A program made the position numbers and the translations under genes. Below are positions 27,955 through 35,885 of a stretch of 64,000 nucleotides of DNA, piece after piece (positions within the stretch are counted from its first letter, which is position 1; the number at the start of each line of letters is the position of its first letter). The notes beneath the pieces are model-generated. The model had not been told where the DNA came from. It made no database searches and saw nothing but the letters and a program-made list of their open reading frames with translations. Source of the DNA: Clostridia bacterium. Lineage in GTDB: Bacteria; Bacillota; Clostridia; UMGS1840. The stretch lies in assembly GCA_017468465.1 (NCBI GenBank), contig JAFUIN010000018.1:9766-73765 (forward strand), given 5' to 3'.

Positions 27955-29103
27955 TTACGCGGTAATTCCCTTTAATCTTGCCTGTCCGCCCGGATGGTCG
28001 CACAGCAGCTCGCCGTATTTTGCCAAAACGGCTGTCCATGCAGGTTTGCCGGCAATCTGTTTTAAGATTTTTCCGTCATCATCCAGCCAGTCCCAATCGG
28101 ACAGGGTGTGCATTGCGAAGGATTTGGAGTTTAACAAATCCATGGTACCATCAGGACAATGACGGTCAGCAACCAACGGAATTCCGCTGAAGGAAATTGC
28201 CTGGAATCCGCCTTCTAAAGTCATGGGGTCAATATTTCTTCTGGTTAATTCCAGGTAAGAAAGATAGTTTCTTCTCACGTCATAAGAGCAAGAAATATAG
28301 TCTACAGTGCTTCCGGCATTTTCTTCTAAGTAATCAATCGCAGTCTGAATTTTCAAGTCAGAAATTGCACCGGTGTTTTCGGAAATATACGGCATCATCC
28401 AGTAGTTTTCGCTACGGTCTACACCGTATAAAGGTTGAGTAGTATCGGAAGTTAAAATAGCTCCTAACCCGGTAATTTCTTTCTGGTAAGAATTCTGAAC
28501 TGTGATTTTATCGCCCACAGAAGCTGTCACATTGCTGTCTAACACAACAATCTTTTCAGGACGGTTAATGGCAACAATTCTTTTTGCTTTTTCGGTGGAG
28601 GAGGGGCCAATGATGTCAATAATCATCCCCTCCATCAGATATTTCACCGAATCCACCTGTACACTGTTGTCGTTACTGTCTTCCACGGTTGCAATGACTC
28701 CGGTACCGTCGGTGAACAGTGCTCTGGAATAGTTGAATTTGGCTGCTTCTAAAATGCCTTTCATTTCCTGTGTGAGTAAATCCACAAAGGAGTTGGTGTT
28801 GAGACGAGACGCTTTCATCGCCTTATCGGAAATTTCAATTACTCCGTACATATCTTTGGTGGTAGTCTCAAAGTGAGTATATTTGTTGGAACCTGCCTGC
28901 GGAAGATTGCCGGAATCGGAAGAAAAACCGAAACCGCCGTTTAACGCGTAGGGGGCAAGTCTTACCACCTTATGCCCGATAATGTTTTTGGAGGTTGTAA
29001 CAATTTTGTTGTAAAAAGGGTTGGTATTTGTGTTTAACTGGTTTCTTAAAACGTCCAGATAAAAGCTTTTCAGCGCCGCATCTGCTGTGTTGGTAGTAAT
29101 CAT
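27955..29103 (-). CDS. HK97-fold phage major capsid protein
   Basis: 382 aa. The central block KYTHFETTTKDMYGVIEISDKAMKASR...LTQEMKGILEAAKFNYSRALFTDGTG parallels the HK97 gp5 pattern (...VQASRQVMDD...LLNGDGTG). Follows a scaffold-like gene. Confidence 0.75.
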   Translation of the reverse strand: MITTNTADAALKSFYLDVLRNQLNTNTNPFYNKIVTTSKNIIGHKVVRLAPYALNGGFGFSSDSGNLPQAGSNKYTHFETTTKDMYGVIEISDKAMKASRLNTNSFVDLLTQEMKGILEAAKFNYSRALFTDGTGVIATVEDSNDNSVQVDSVKYLMEGMIIDIIGPSSTEKAKRIVAINRPEKIVVLDSNVTASVGDKITVQNSYQKEITGLGAILTSDTTQPLYGVDRSENYWMMPYISENTGAISDLKIQTAIDYLEENAGSTVDYISCSYDVRRNYLSYLELTRRNIDPMTLEGGFQAISFSGIPLVADRHCPDGTMDLLNSKSFAMHTLSDWDWLDDDGKILKQIAGKPAWTAVLAKYGELLCDHPGGQARLKGITA

Positions 29104-29158
29104 AATAAAAAGTCCTTTCCTGTCTGCCAGGGGGTGAACAATTTCACTCCCCCGACAG

Positions 29159-29689
29159 TTATTTTTTCACCATCTGAAGAAATAAATCGCCCGCTTCTTC
29201 AAAGGTTTTGGGTTTCGTACCCGGAGTGGTGTAAAACTCACCGCCTTGTCCGGAAATCAGTGCCGGGGGCGTTTGAGACAAGCGCTCCATATACTCACGG
29301 TAGGGCGCAGGAGGAGTTGTGAGCGCTCGTTTTGCAAGGGTAAAGGCAGAAGACAAATCCAAAGACAAAAGCTCCGGATTTTCTGTCAGATAAGAGATAA
29401 ATTCGTAAGCCCGATGGGTTAAGGCGTTCTCTTCCAAGAAGGCGTCAAGGTCATTTTGAAACTGTGTCATCTCATCCGGGATAGTTGCCTCCTCCAGAAG
29501 TTCTCTTGCCTCTTTCAGTTCTTCTCTGGTCTGAGAAATATATCGTTCACTTTCCCGATAAGCCTTTTCCAGCTCACCATAGTCTTTGAACTTGCCGAGA
29601 ATTAAAGGGGTGTCCCCATTCTCTCCCTGATCGGTCTCACTTGCCGGCGGAATTGCTTCCAACGCAGCGTCGGTCAGATTGTCAATCAT
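29159..29689 (-). CDS. Phage scaffolding-like protein
   Basis: 176 aa, acidic and helical. The ILGKFKDYGELEKAYRESE motif is common in phage scaffold/head-assembly proteins. Lies directly upstream of the capsid gene. Confidence 0.6.
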   Translation of the reverse strand: MIDNLTDAALEAIPPASETDQGENGDTPLILGKFKDYGELEKAYRESERYISQTREELKEARELLEEATIPDEMTQFQNDLDAFLEENALTHRAYEFISYLTENPELLSLDLSSAFTLAKRALTTPPAPYREYMERLSQTPPALISGQGGEFYTTPGTKPKTFEEAGDLFLQMVKK

Positions 29690-29895
29690 TGGTATTCATT
29701 CCTTTCTGTGTTTGTTTCTAAAAAAGCCGAACACGGTCGGCAAAGAAAAGCGGGAAAACCGATATGATTACCACTCCGGGGACTTTCTTCGGCTTCCGCA
29801 CCAACAGTATGCCAAAAATGTTGCTTCTTTACAAGTTCAACATTTTTTCAGCTTTTTTCAAACAATTTTTCTCCCAAAAAATACGTCTGTTTTTA

Positions 29896-29924
29896 TTGAC
29901 AATTACAAAAAAAGGTAGTATAAT
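29896..29924 (+). promoter_or_regulatory. Predicted serCA promoter
   Basis: Consensus TTGACA, 17-nt spacer, TATAAT. Confidence 0.65.
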
Positions 29925-30025
29925 TATTTTAATATTTGGAAAGCACATTGTTAAAAAACAGACAAAGTGCTTCAAATATAAAAATTTGACCGAAAAACAA
30001 AGAAAACAGAATGGGGAATCACATC

Positions 30026-31108
30026 ATGGAAAGAGTATACAATTTCAGCGCAGGGCCGTCTGCGTTACCGGTAGAGGTATTAAAAAAAGCGGCAGATGAA
30101 ATGTTAAATATGGGTGGTACAGGCATGTCCGTTATGGAAATGAGCCACCGTTCCAAAGATTATCAGGCAATTATTGACCGTGCAGAAGAGCTGTTTCGCG
30201 AGCTGATGGAAATTCCGGATGATTATGCCGTGTTATTCCTGCAGGGCGGTGCATCCTCTCAGTTTGCCATGATTCCTCTGAACCTGATGAACAACAGCGG
30301 AAAAGGGGATTATGTTATCACCGGTCAGTGGGCAAAAAAAGCCTACCAGGAAGGGGCGCACTATGGCGATGCTTATCAGGTAGCCTCCAGTGCTGATAAA
30401 ACCTTCTCCTACATTCCCAAATTAGATAAATCCATGTTCCGTCCCGATGCAGACTTTGTACATATCACCTTAAATAACACCATCTACGGAACCAAATTCA
30501 ACGAGCTGCCCGACGTGGGAGACGTTCCGCTGATTGCGGATATTTCTTCTTGCATTTTGTCCGAAAAGCTGGATGTTTCCAAATTTGGCATGCTTTATGC
30601 AGGTGCACAGAAAAACATTGGCCCGGCAGGTCTTACCGTGGTGATTATCCGTAAAGATTTAATCGGCAACGCCCGGGATATTACACCCATTATGTTCAAC
30701 TATCAGACTCACCTGGATTCCGGTTCTATGTATAACACTCCTCCCACCTACGGCATCTACATCTGCAAATTGGTGCTGGAATGGTTGAAAGATTTAGGCG
30801 GTGTGGAAAAAATTCAGGAATTAAACTACAAAAAAGCAAAAATTTTATATGATTATTTAGATTCTTCCGAGTTCTTTACCGGAACCGTGGTAAAAGAAGA
30901 CCGTTCCATTATGAACGTTCCCTTCCTTTCACCCTCTGATGAACTGAATAAAAAATTCATTCAGGAAGCAAAAGAAGCCGGCCTTGTAAACTTAGCAGGT
31001 CACCGCAGTGTTGGCGGTATGCGTGCAAGTATTTACAATGCAATGCCCGTGGAAGGCGTGCAGGCGCTGGTGGACTTTATGAAAAAATTTGAAGCAGAAA
31101 ACAAGTAG
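30026..31108 (+). CDS. serC: Phosphoserine aminotransferase
   Basis: MERVYNFSAGPSALP N-terminus typical of SerC, class V aminotransferase. Confidence 0.9.
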   Translation: MERVYNFSAGPSALPVEVLKKAADEMLNMGGTGMSVMEMSHRSKDYQAIIDRAEELFRELMEIPDDYAVLFLQGGASSQFAMIPLNLMNNSGKGDYVITGQWAKKAYQEGAHYGDAYQVASSADKTFSYIPKLDKSMFRPDADFVHITLNNTIYGTKFNELPDVGDVPLIADISSCILSEKLDVSKFGMLYAGAQKNIGPAGLTVVIIRKDLIGNARDITPIMFNYQTHLDSGSMYNTPPTYGIYICKLVLEWLKDLGGVEKIQELNYKKAKILYDYLDSSEFFTGTVVKEDRSIMNVPFLSPSDELNKKFIQEAKEAGLVNLAGHRSVGGMRASIYNAMPVEGVQALVDFMKKFEAENK

Positions 31109-31125
31109 AAAGGTGGCTGAAATTT

Positions 31126-32280
31126 ATGAAAATTGCTACTTTGAATAAAATCTCTGAAATTGGCTTGAAAGAGCTGAAGCCTGCCTATGAAATTACCGAC
31201 GAATTAGCCGGAGCAGCCGGGGTGTTGGTTCGCAGTGCCGCAATGCACGATATGGACCTTCCTAAAGAGCTTCACGCTATTGCAAGAGCTGGTGCAGGGG
31301 TTAATAATATTCCCATCGACAAATGTTCCGAAGAAGGAATTGTGGTATTTAATACGCCCGGTGCCAATGCCAATGCGGTAAAAGAATTGGTGATCGCAGG
31401 TCTGCTTCTTTCCTCCCGTGATATTATCGGTGGAAATGCCTGGGCAAAAACATTAACCGAAGATGTTGCAAAGGCTGTGGAAAAAGGCAAAGGCATGTTT
31501 GCCGGTGTCGAAATTTTCGGCAAAACCTTGGGCGTCATCGGCTTGGGTGCCATTGGTGCAAAGGTGGCAAACATTGCTTTGGATTTGGGTATGAAGGTTA
31601 TCGGCTATGACCCCTTCATTTCCATTGACGGTGCCTGGAGAATTTCCAAAAATGTTGTTCATGCAACCGACTTAAAACAAATCTACGAAAATTGCGATTA
31701 TATTTCTATTCACGTTCCGTTAACGCCCGATACCAAGGGCTTCATCAACAATGAAACCATCAGCCAAATGAAGCAGGGCGTTGTAATCTTAAACTATGCA
31801 AGAGCAGCTTTGGTTGCTGATGATGACATCAAAGCAGCCCTCTCCAGCGGAAAGGTTCGCCGCTATGTAACCGACTTCCCGGATGGTGACATTGCAAGCT
31901 ACCCCGGTGTCATTGCATTCCCCCATTTGGGTGCATCTACCGAAGAATCGGAAGAAAACTGTGCTTATATGGCAGCAATGCAGCTGAAAGATTATTTGGA
32001 AAACGGAAACATCAAAAACTCTGTAAACTTCCCGGAAGTGAATTTCCCCAGAGGCATGGGTCAGAAACGTGTGGTTGTGTTGCATAAAAACATTCCTTCC
32101 ATGCTGGCACAGATTTCCGGCGAATTTTCTAAACTGTCTATGAATATTGACAATATGCAGAACCGTTCCAAAAAGGAATATGCTTGCACAGTGCTGGATG
32201 TATCTGGCGATATCCCTGCAGAAACAGAAAACAGCTTAAAAGCGATTGAAGGAGTTATTCGTGTAAGAATTTTAGATTAA
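31126..32280 (+). CDS. serA: D-3-phosphoglycerate dehydrogenase
   Basis: 384 aa, 2-hydroxyacid dehydrogenase with a GLGAIG NAD fold and a C-terminal ACT-like domain. Follows serC. Confidence 0.85.
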   Translation: MKIATLNKISEIGLKELKPAYEITDELAGAAGVLVRSAAMHDMDLPKELHAIARAGAGVNNIPIDKCSEEGIVVFNTPGANANAVKELVIAGLLLSSRDIIGGNAWAKTLTEDVAKAVEKGKGMFAGVEIFGKTLGVIGLGAIGAKVANIALDLGMKVIGYDPFISIDGAWRISKNVVHATDLKQIYENCDYISIHVPLTPDTKGFINNETISQMKQGVVILNYARAALVADDDIKAALSSGKVRRYVTDFPDGDIASYPGVIAFPHLGASTEESEENCAYMAAMQLKDYLENGNIKNSVNFPEVNFPRGMGQKRVVVLHKNIPSMLAQISGEFSKLSMNIDNMQNRSKKEYACTVLDVSGDIPAETENSLKAIEGVIRVRILD

Positions 32281-32292
32281 GCTTTCTGTTAT

Positions 32293-32432
32293 GGCTTGAT
32301 AAAAGAACATAGACCGCAAAAGGCATAGGATTTCCTATGCTTTTTGTTTTTATAAGGTGAAAATTTATGTGCCACAAATTTTTAGATTATAATGCCTTTT
32401 GCTGTAAACCGATCTCACCGCTCGGCGTAGCA
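32293..32432 (+). repeat. About 140-bp structured repeat, left copy (begins GGCTTGATAAA, contains the serA terminator hairpin)
   Basis: Roughly 85-90% identical by eye to the reverse complement of 34442-34582. Confidence 0.85.
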
Positions 32433-32548
32433 TTGCATGCAGCATAAGTACGCCTTCGGGATCATGCCGTACGCAGTACCCCCTGCGGGGTTAGTTGCTT
32501 CATTCTATGTCCGTTTCGCTGCCCTTGATATAACGTCATATAAAACTA

Positions 32549-32582
32549 TAAAAGGCATAGGGAAAAGCCCTATGCCTTTTTT
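32549..32582. terminator. Terminator downstream of putP (bidirectional hairpin)
   Basis: GGCATAGGG-AAAAG-CCCTATGCC flanked by A- and T-runs. Confidence 0.7.
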
Positions 32583-32609
32583 GTTTATTATTCTTTTTAC
32601 CAAGTGGTT

Positions 32610-34121
32610 TTAGTCGTCTATGGATTTGTCAGTTGCTTTTTCATAAATTGCCAATACCTGCGGAGAGGGCATCTTGTCGCACAAAGAAACTACAACAGCA
32701 ACGATCAGACAAGCGATGAATCCGGGCAGAATTTCGTAGATACCGGTAGAAGCCAACCATACCAGCCAGCCGATATCAACAATCGCACCTACAACAATTC
32801 CGGCAACAGCACCTTTATAGGTAAACCGTTTCCAGAACAAGGATAAGAGGATAACCGGGCCGAATGCAGCACCGAATAAGCCCCAGGCGTTCGATACCAG
32901 ATTCATAATTGCTGCAGCACCTTCACCCTTGGAGCTTGCAATAAAGAAAGCAATAACAGCAACAATTACAACCACGATTCTTCCAACCCACAACAGTTCT
33001 TTATCAGAAGCACTCTTACGGATTAAGGGCTTGTAAATATCGCTGGTGAAGGAAGAAGATGCCACGAGCAGCTGAGAGTCTGCAGTAGACATAGAAGCTG
33101 CAATAATGGCTGCCAGTAAAATGCCGGCTATAAATGCAGGGAATAACATTCTGGTCAGTTCCACAAAAATCATTTCCTGTGCATTTTTACCCAACAGCAT
33201 TTGGGCAAAGCTTACGCCATCTGCAGTTACAAACATTCTGCCAAAATATGCAATAAAGATTGCAGCAGTCAAGGTGATAACTACCCAGATGGTTGCAACG
33301 GTAGCGGATTTTTTCACCATGCTGGGTTTTTTGATGGACATAAAGCGAACAATAATGTGAGGCATACCAAAGTAGCCGAGACCCCATGCCAAGCCGGAAA
33401 CAATATCCTTCCAGCTTGCAGAGAAAAAGTTTGGAACAAAGTCATACGAAGTGCCGTCTGCAGTCACTACAGCCTGACCCAAAAGGTCAGTGTTTAAGTT
33501 GCCGGCTACCGCTAACATAATCGGAACAGCAAGCAGTGCAACCAGCATCAGAAGACCCTGGAAAAAGTCAGTCCAGCAAACTGCCTTAAAACCGCCTAAA
33601 AAGGTGTAAACCAAAATAATCACTGCAAAAATTACCATTGCCAAGGTGGGGTCTAAGGTGGGGAACAGCTGAGTGAATACTTTTGCACCGGCAGAAAATG
33701 CAGATGCAACATAAATGGTGAAGCTTACTAAAAATACAACTGCACAAACAATTTTCAGTGCAGAGCTTTTTGCCATAAAACGGTTGGTTAAGTATTGGGG
33801 AACGGTGATGGCATCACCGGCTGCAGCAGAAAATTTCCGCAGTCTTTTTGCCACGATAATCCAGTTTAAGGCAGTACCGATTGCAAGACCGATGCCAATC
33901 CAAGCCTGACCGAAACCAAATGCTAAAATACTGCCGGGAAGCCCCATCAAAAGCCAGGCACTCATATCAGACGCCTGAGCACTCATCGCGGTAACCCAGG
34001 GGCCCATTTGTCTGCCGCCTAAGAAATAATCTTTTTCGTTTGCGCTTTTACTTTTGAAGAAAAACCATACACCGATGGTAAGCATACAAACAAAGTAAAG
34101 AACAAATGCTAATACTTCCAT
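32610..34121 (-). CDS. putP: Sodium/proline symporter (SSS family)
   Basis: 503 aa, about 13 TM helices, with a PutP-like N-terminus and SSS family blocks (YFLGGRQMGPW, GLPG). Confidence 0.85.
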   Translation of the reverse strand: MEVLAFVLYFVCMLTIGVWFFFKSKSANEKDYFLGGRQMGPWVTAMSAQASDMSAWLLMGLPGSILAFGFGQAWIGIGLAIGTALNWIIVAKRLRKFSAAAGDAITVPQYLTNRFMAKSSALKIVCAVVFLVSFTIYVASAFSAGAKVFTQLFPTLDPTLAMVIFAVIILVYTFLGGFKAVCWTDFFQGLLMLVALLAVPIMLAVAGNLNTDLLGQAVVTADGTSYDFVPNFFSASWKDIVSGLAWGLGYFGMPHIIVRFMSIKKPSMVKKSATVATIWVVITLTAAIFIAYFGRMFVTADGVSFAQMLLGKNAQEMIFVELTRMLFPAFIAGILLAAIIAASMSTADSQLLVASSSFTSDIYKPLIRKSASDKELLWVGRIVVVIVAVIAFFIASSKGEGAAAIMNLVSNAWGLFGAAFGPVILLSLFWKRFTYKGAVAGIVVGAIVDIGWLVWLASTGIYEILPGFIACLIVAVVVSLCDKMPSPQVLAIYEKATDKSIDD

Positions 34122-34177
34122 GTCTATAATCTCCTTTTTCTGAATTTCTGCCAGCAGAAATTCACAATTTGTATTCT

Positions 34178-34206
34178 ATTATAATATAAAAAACGCAATA
34201 AGTCAA
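34178..34206 (-). promoter_or_regulatory. Predicted putP promoter
   Basis: Minus strand reads TTGACT, 17-nt spacer, TATAAT. Confidence 0.65.
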
Positions 34207-34441
34207 GAAAATGGGGAAATATTTTACAAAAAGTGGATAAAGCTTGCATAATATGCAAAATTATGCAAGTCCGAAGGTTTGGAAAAATTTGTTCAAGGGA
34301 GGTTGTCTGTCAATTTTGAGAAGCCGCTACAGCCACTGAGAATCTTTTTTGAAGTTTGCACTAACTTTGCGTTGAGATTCCTCGACTCCACTCGGAATGA
34401 CAGCTAATGACCGCTTTAGTCCGAATGGTGTCTGAAACATG

Positions 34442-34582
34442 TGCTACGCCGAGAGGTGAGGTTAGTTGATAGCAAAAGGCATTATAATTAAAATTTGTGG
34501 GACACAAATTTTCACCTTATAAAAACAAAAGACATAAGGAAAATCCCTATGCCTTTTGCGGTCTGTATTCTTTTATCAAGCC
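34442..34582 (-). repeat. About 140-bp structured repeat, right copy (inverted relative to the left copy; begins 2 nt after the acpP stop)
   Basis: See 32293-32432. Contains a terminator hairpin and a perfect 10-bp hairpin AAAATTTGTG-GGA-CACAAATTTT. Confidence 0.85.
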
Positions 34583-34584
34583 TT

Positions 34585-34809
34585 TTATGCGTTTTCTTTT
34601 AAGTATGCGACAACATCGCCAACGGTGCTGATTCTTTCCGCGGCGTCATCGGGGATGTCGATTCCAAATTCGTCTGAAAAAGCCATAATCAGTTCTACAA
34701 CGTCCAAAGAGTCTGCACCCAGGTCATCTACCAGGGTAGATGCAGGGGTAACCTTATCCTCGTCGATGCCTAACTGTTCTACGATAATGTCTTTTACCTT
34801 GTCGAACAT
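34585..34809 (-). CDS. acpP: Acyl carrier protein
   Basis: 74 aa with the DLGADSLD phosphopantetheine attachment motif. Confidence 0.9.
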   Translation of the reverse strand: MFDKVKDIIVEQLGIDEDKVTPASTLVDDLGADSLDVVELIMAFSDEFGIDIPDDAAERISTVGDVVAYLKENA

Positions 34810-34854
34810 AACTTTGCGATAGCCTCCTTATATGTATGAGTATTTTTAATCGTG

Positions 34855-35847
34855 TTAAGAAAGATGACTACGGATTTTTCCGCATACATCCTTATCTGCC
34901 AGTTTTGCGGCAAATAAAATTGCATTTTTGAATGCCACGCGGTCAGAATTCCCGTGTGCTTTAATAACCGGTGCATTGAGACCCAAAAGGGGAGCACCGC
35001 CAACTTCTTTGGCATCCATCATTTTTTTAATTGCTTTCATACCGGGTTTTAAGATGGCAGCGGCAAGCTTGGTAAGGATGTTTTTATAAAATGCATGTTT
35101 TAAGAAATAAAAGAGGGTAGCCGCTGTTCCTTCCAATGTTTTTAAGGCAATATTTCCTGACCATCCGTCTGACACTAAAACTTCAGCATTTCCTTCCAGA
35201 ATGTCTCTTGCTTCAATGTTGCCGACAAAATCAATGTTGGCAGCTTCTTTTAAGAGACTGTGTGCTTCCACAACGGTGGAGGTGCCTTTGTGGTGTTCTA
35301 CCCCGATGTTGATCAGCCCGGATTTAGGATGCTCAATGCCCAGAATTTCTTTGGCATAGATTGTGCCCATCATGGCAAACTGAGGATAAAACTCCGGCTT
35401 GCATTCTGCATTGGCACCCACGTCGATAATGACGGCTTTCCCTTTTTTTGTGGGAAGTGTGGGGCACAACGCTGCCCGTTTAATGCCATGAATCCGTTTG
35501 ATGATGAGGGTTGCTCCGGTAAGGACTGCACCGGTGTTTCCGGCACTGACAAAACCGTCTCCCTTTCCTTCGCTGACCAGCTTCAAAGCTACGACCAAAG
35601 AAGAATCTTTCTTCTGTCGGATTGCGGCAATCGGTTCGTCTTCGTTTTCAACCACTTCGGTGGTGTTGATGATTTCCAATCGCTTCGGAACAGCCTGTCC
35701 CGCATCACGGAAAAGTTTCAGGAAGGTTTCTTGGTTGCCGGTGATAGTGATTTCGAGGTCTTCTCTTGCTTTGAGTGCTTCCACACAGCCAAAGAGCGTT
35801 TCTTTTGGTGCATAATCGCCTCCAAAGCCGTCAACGACAATTCTCAT
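34855..35847 (-). CDS. plsX: Phosphate acyltransferase PlsX
   Basis: 330 aa starting MRIVVDGFGGDYAP, the canonical PlsX N-terminus. Confidence 0.9.
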   Translation of the reverse strand: MRIVVDGFGGDYAPKETLFGCVEALKAREDLEITITGNQETFLKLFRDAGQAVPKRLEIINTTEVVENEDEPIAAIRQKKDSSLVVALKLVSEGKGDGFVSAGNTGAVLTGATLIIKRIHGIKRAALCPTLPTKKGKAVIIDVGANAECKPEFYPQFAMMGTIYAKEILGIEHPKSGLINIGVEHHKGTSTVVEAHSLLKEAANIDFVGNIEARDILEGNAEVLVSDGWSGNIALKTLEGTAATLFYFLKHAFYKNILTKLAAAILKPGMKAIKKMMDAKEVGGAPLLGLNAPVIKAHGNSDRVAFKNAILFAAKLADKDVCGKIRSHLS

Positions 35848-35885
35848 AACAACCTCCTCGTTTTGAAAACATATGTAATCTTAAC

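Larger units (their letters stand above)
24924..29689 (-). mobile_element. Orphan phage-derived structural gene cluster (podovirus-like scaffold/capsid/adaptor/nozzle module). No portal, terminase or integrase.
   Basis: Six co-oriented ORFs with phage structural signatures, bounded by the housekeeping genes aroB and serC. See the individual CDS entries. Confidence 0.55.

Noticed and set aside
24924-29689. Integrated Microviridae-like prophage (the size of about 5 kb and six genes is suggestive)
   Set aside because: The capsid candidate follows the HK97-fold pattern and is preceded by a dsDNA-phage-type scaffold. The 596-aa protein does not resemble the gokushovirus VP1 sequence as I recall it, and there is no rolling-circle Rep gene.
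27955-29689. Encapsulin nanocompartment operon
   Set aside because: There is no cargo enzyme or targeting peptide candidate. The shell gene is accompanied by a phage-type scaffold and by adaptor- and nozzle-like genes, which points to virion ancestry. A compartment-like role after domestication cannot be excluded.
32293-34582. Composite transposon or IS-flanked putP
   Set aside because: No transposase or recombinase ORF lies inside or next to the inverted repeats. The repeats are mostly terminator and hairpin sequence, and I saw no target-site duplication.
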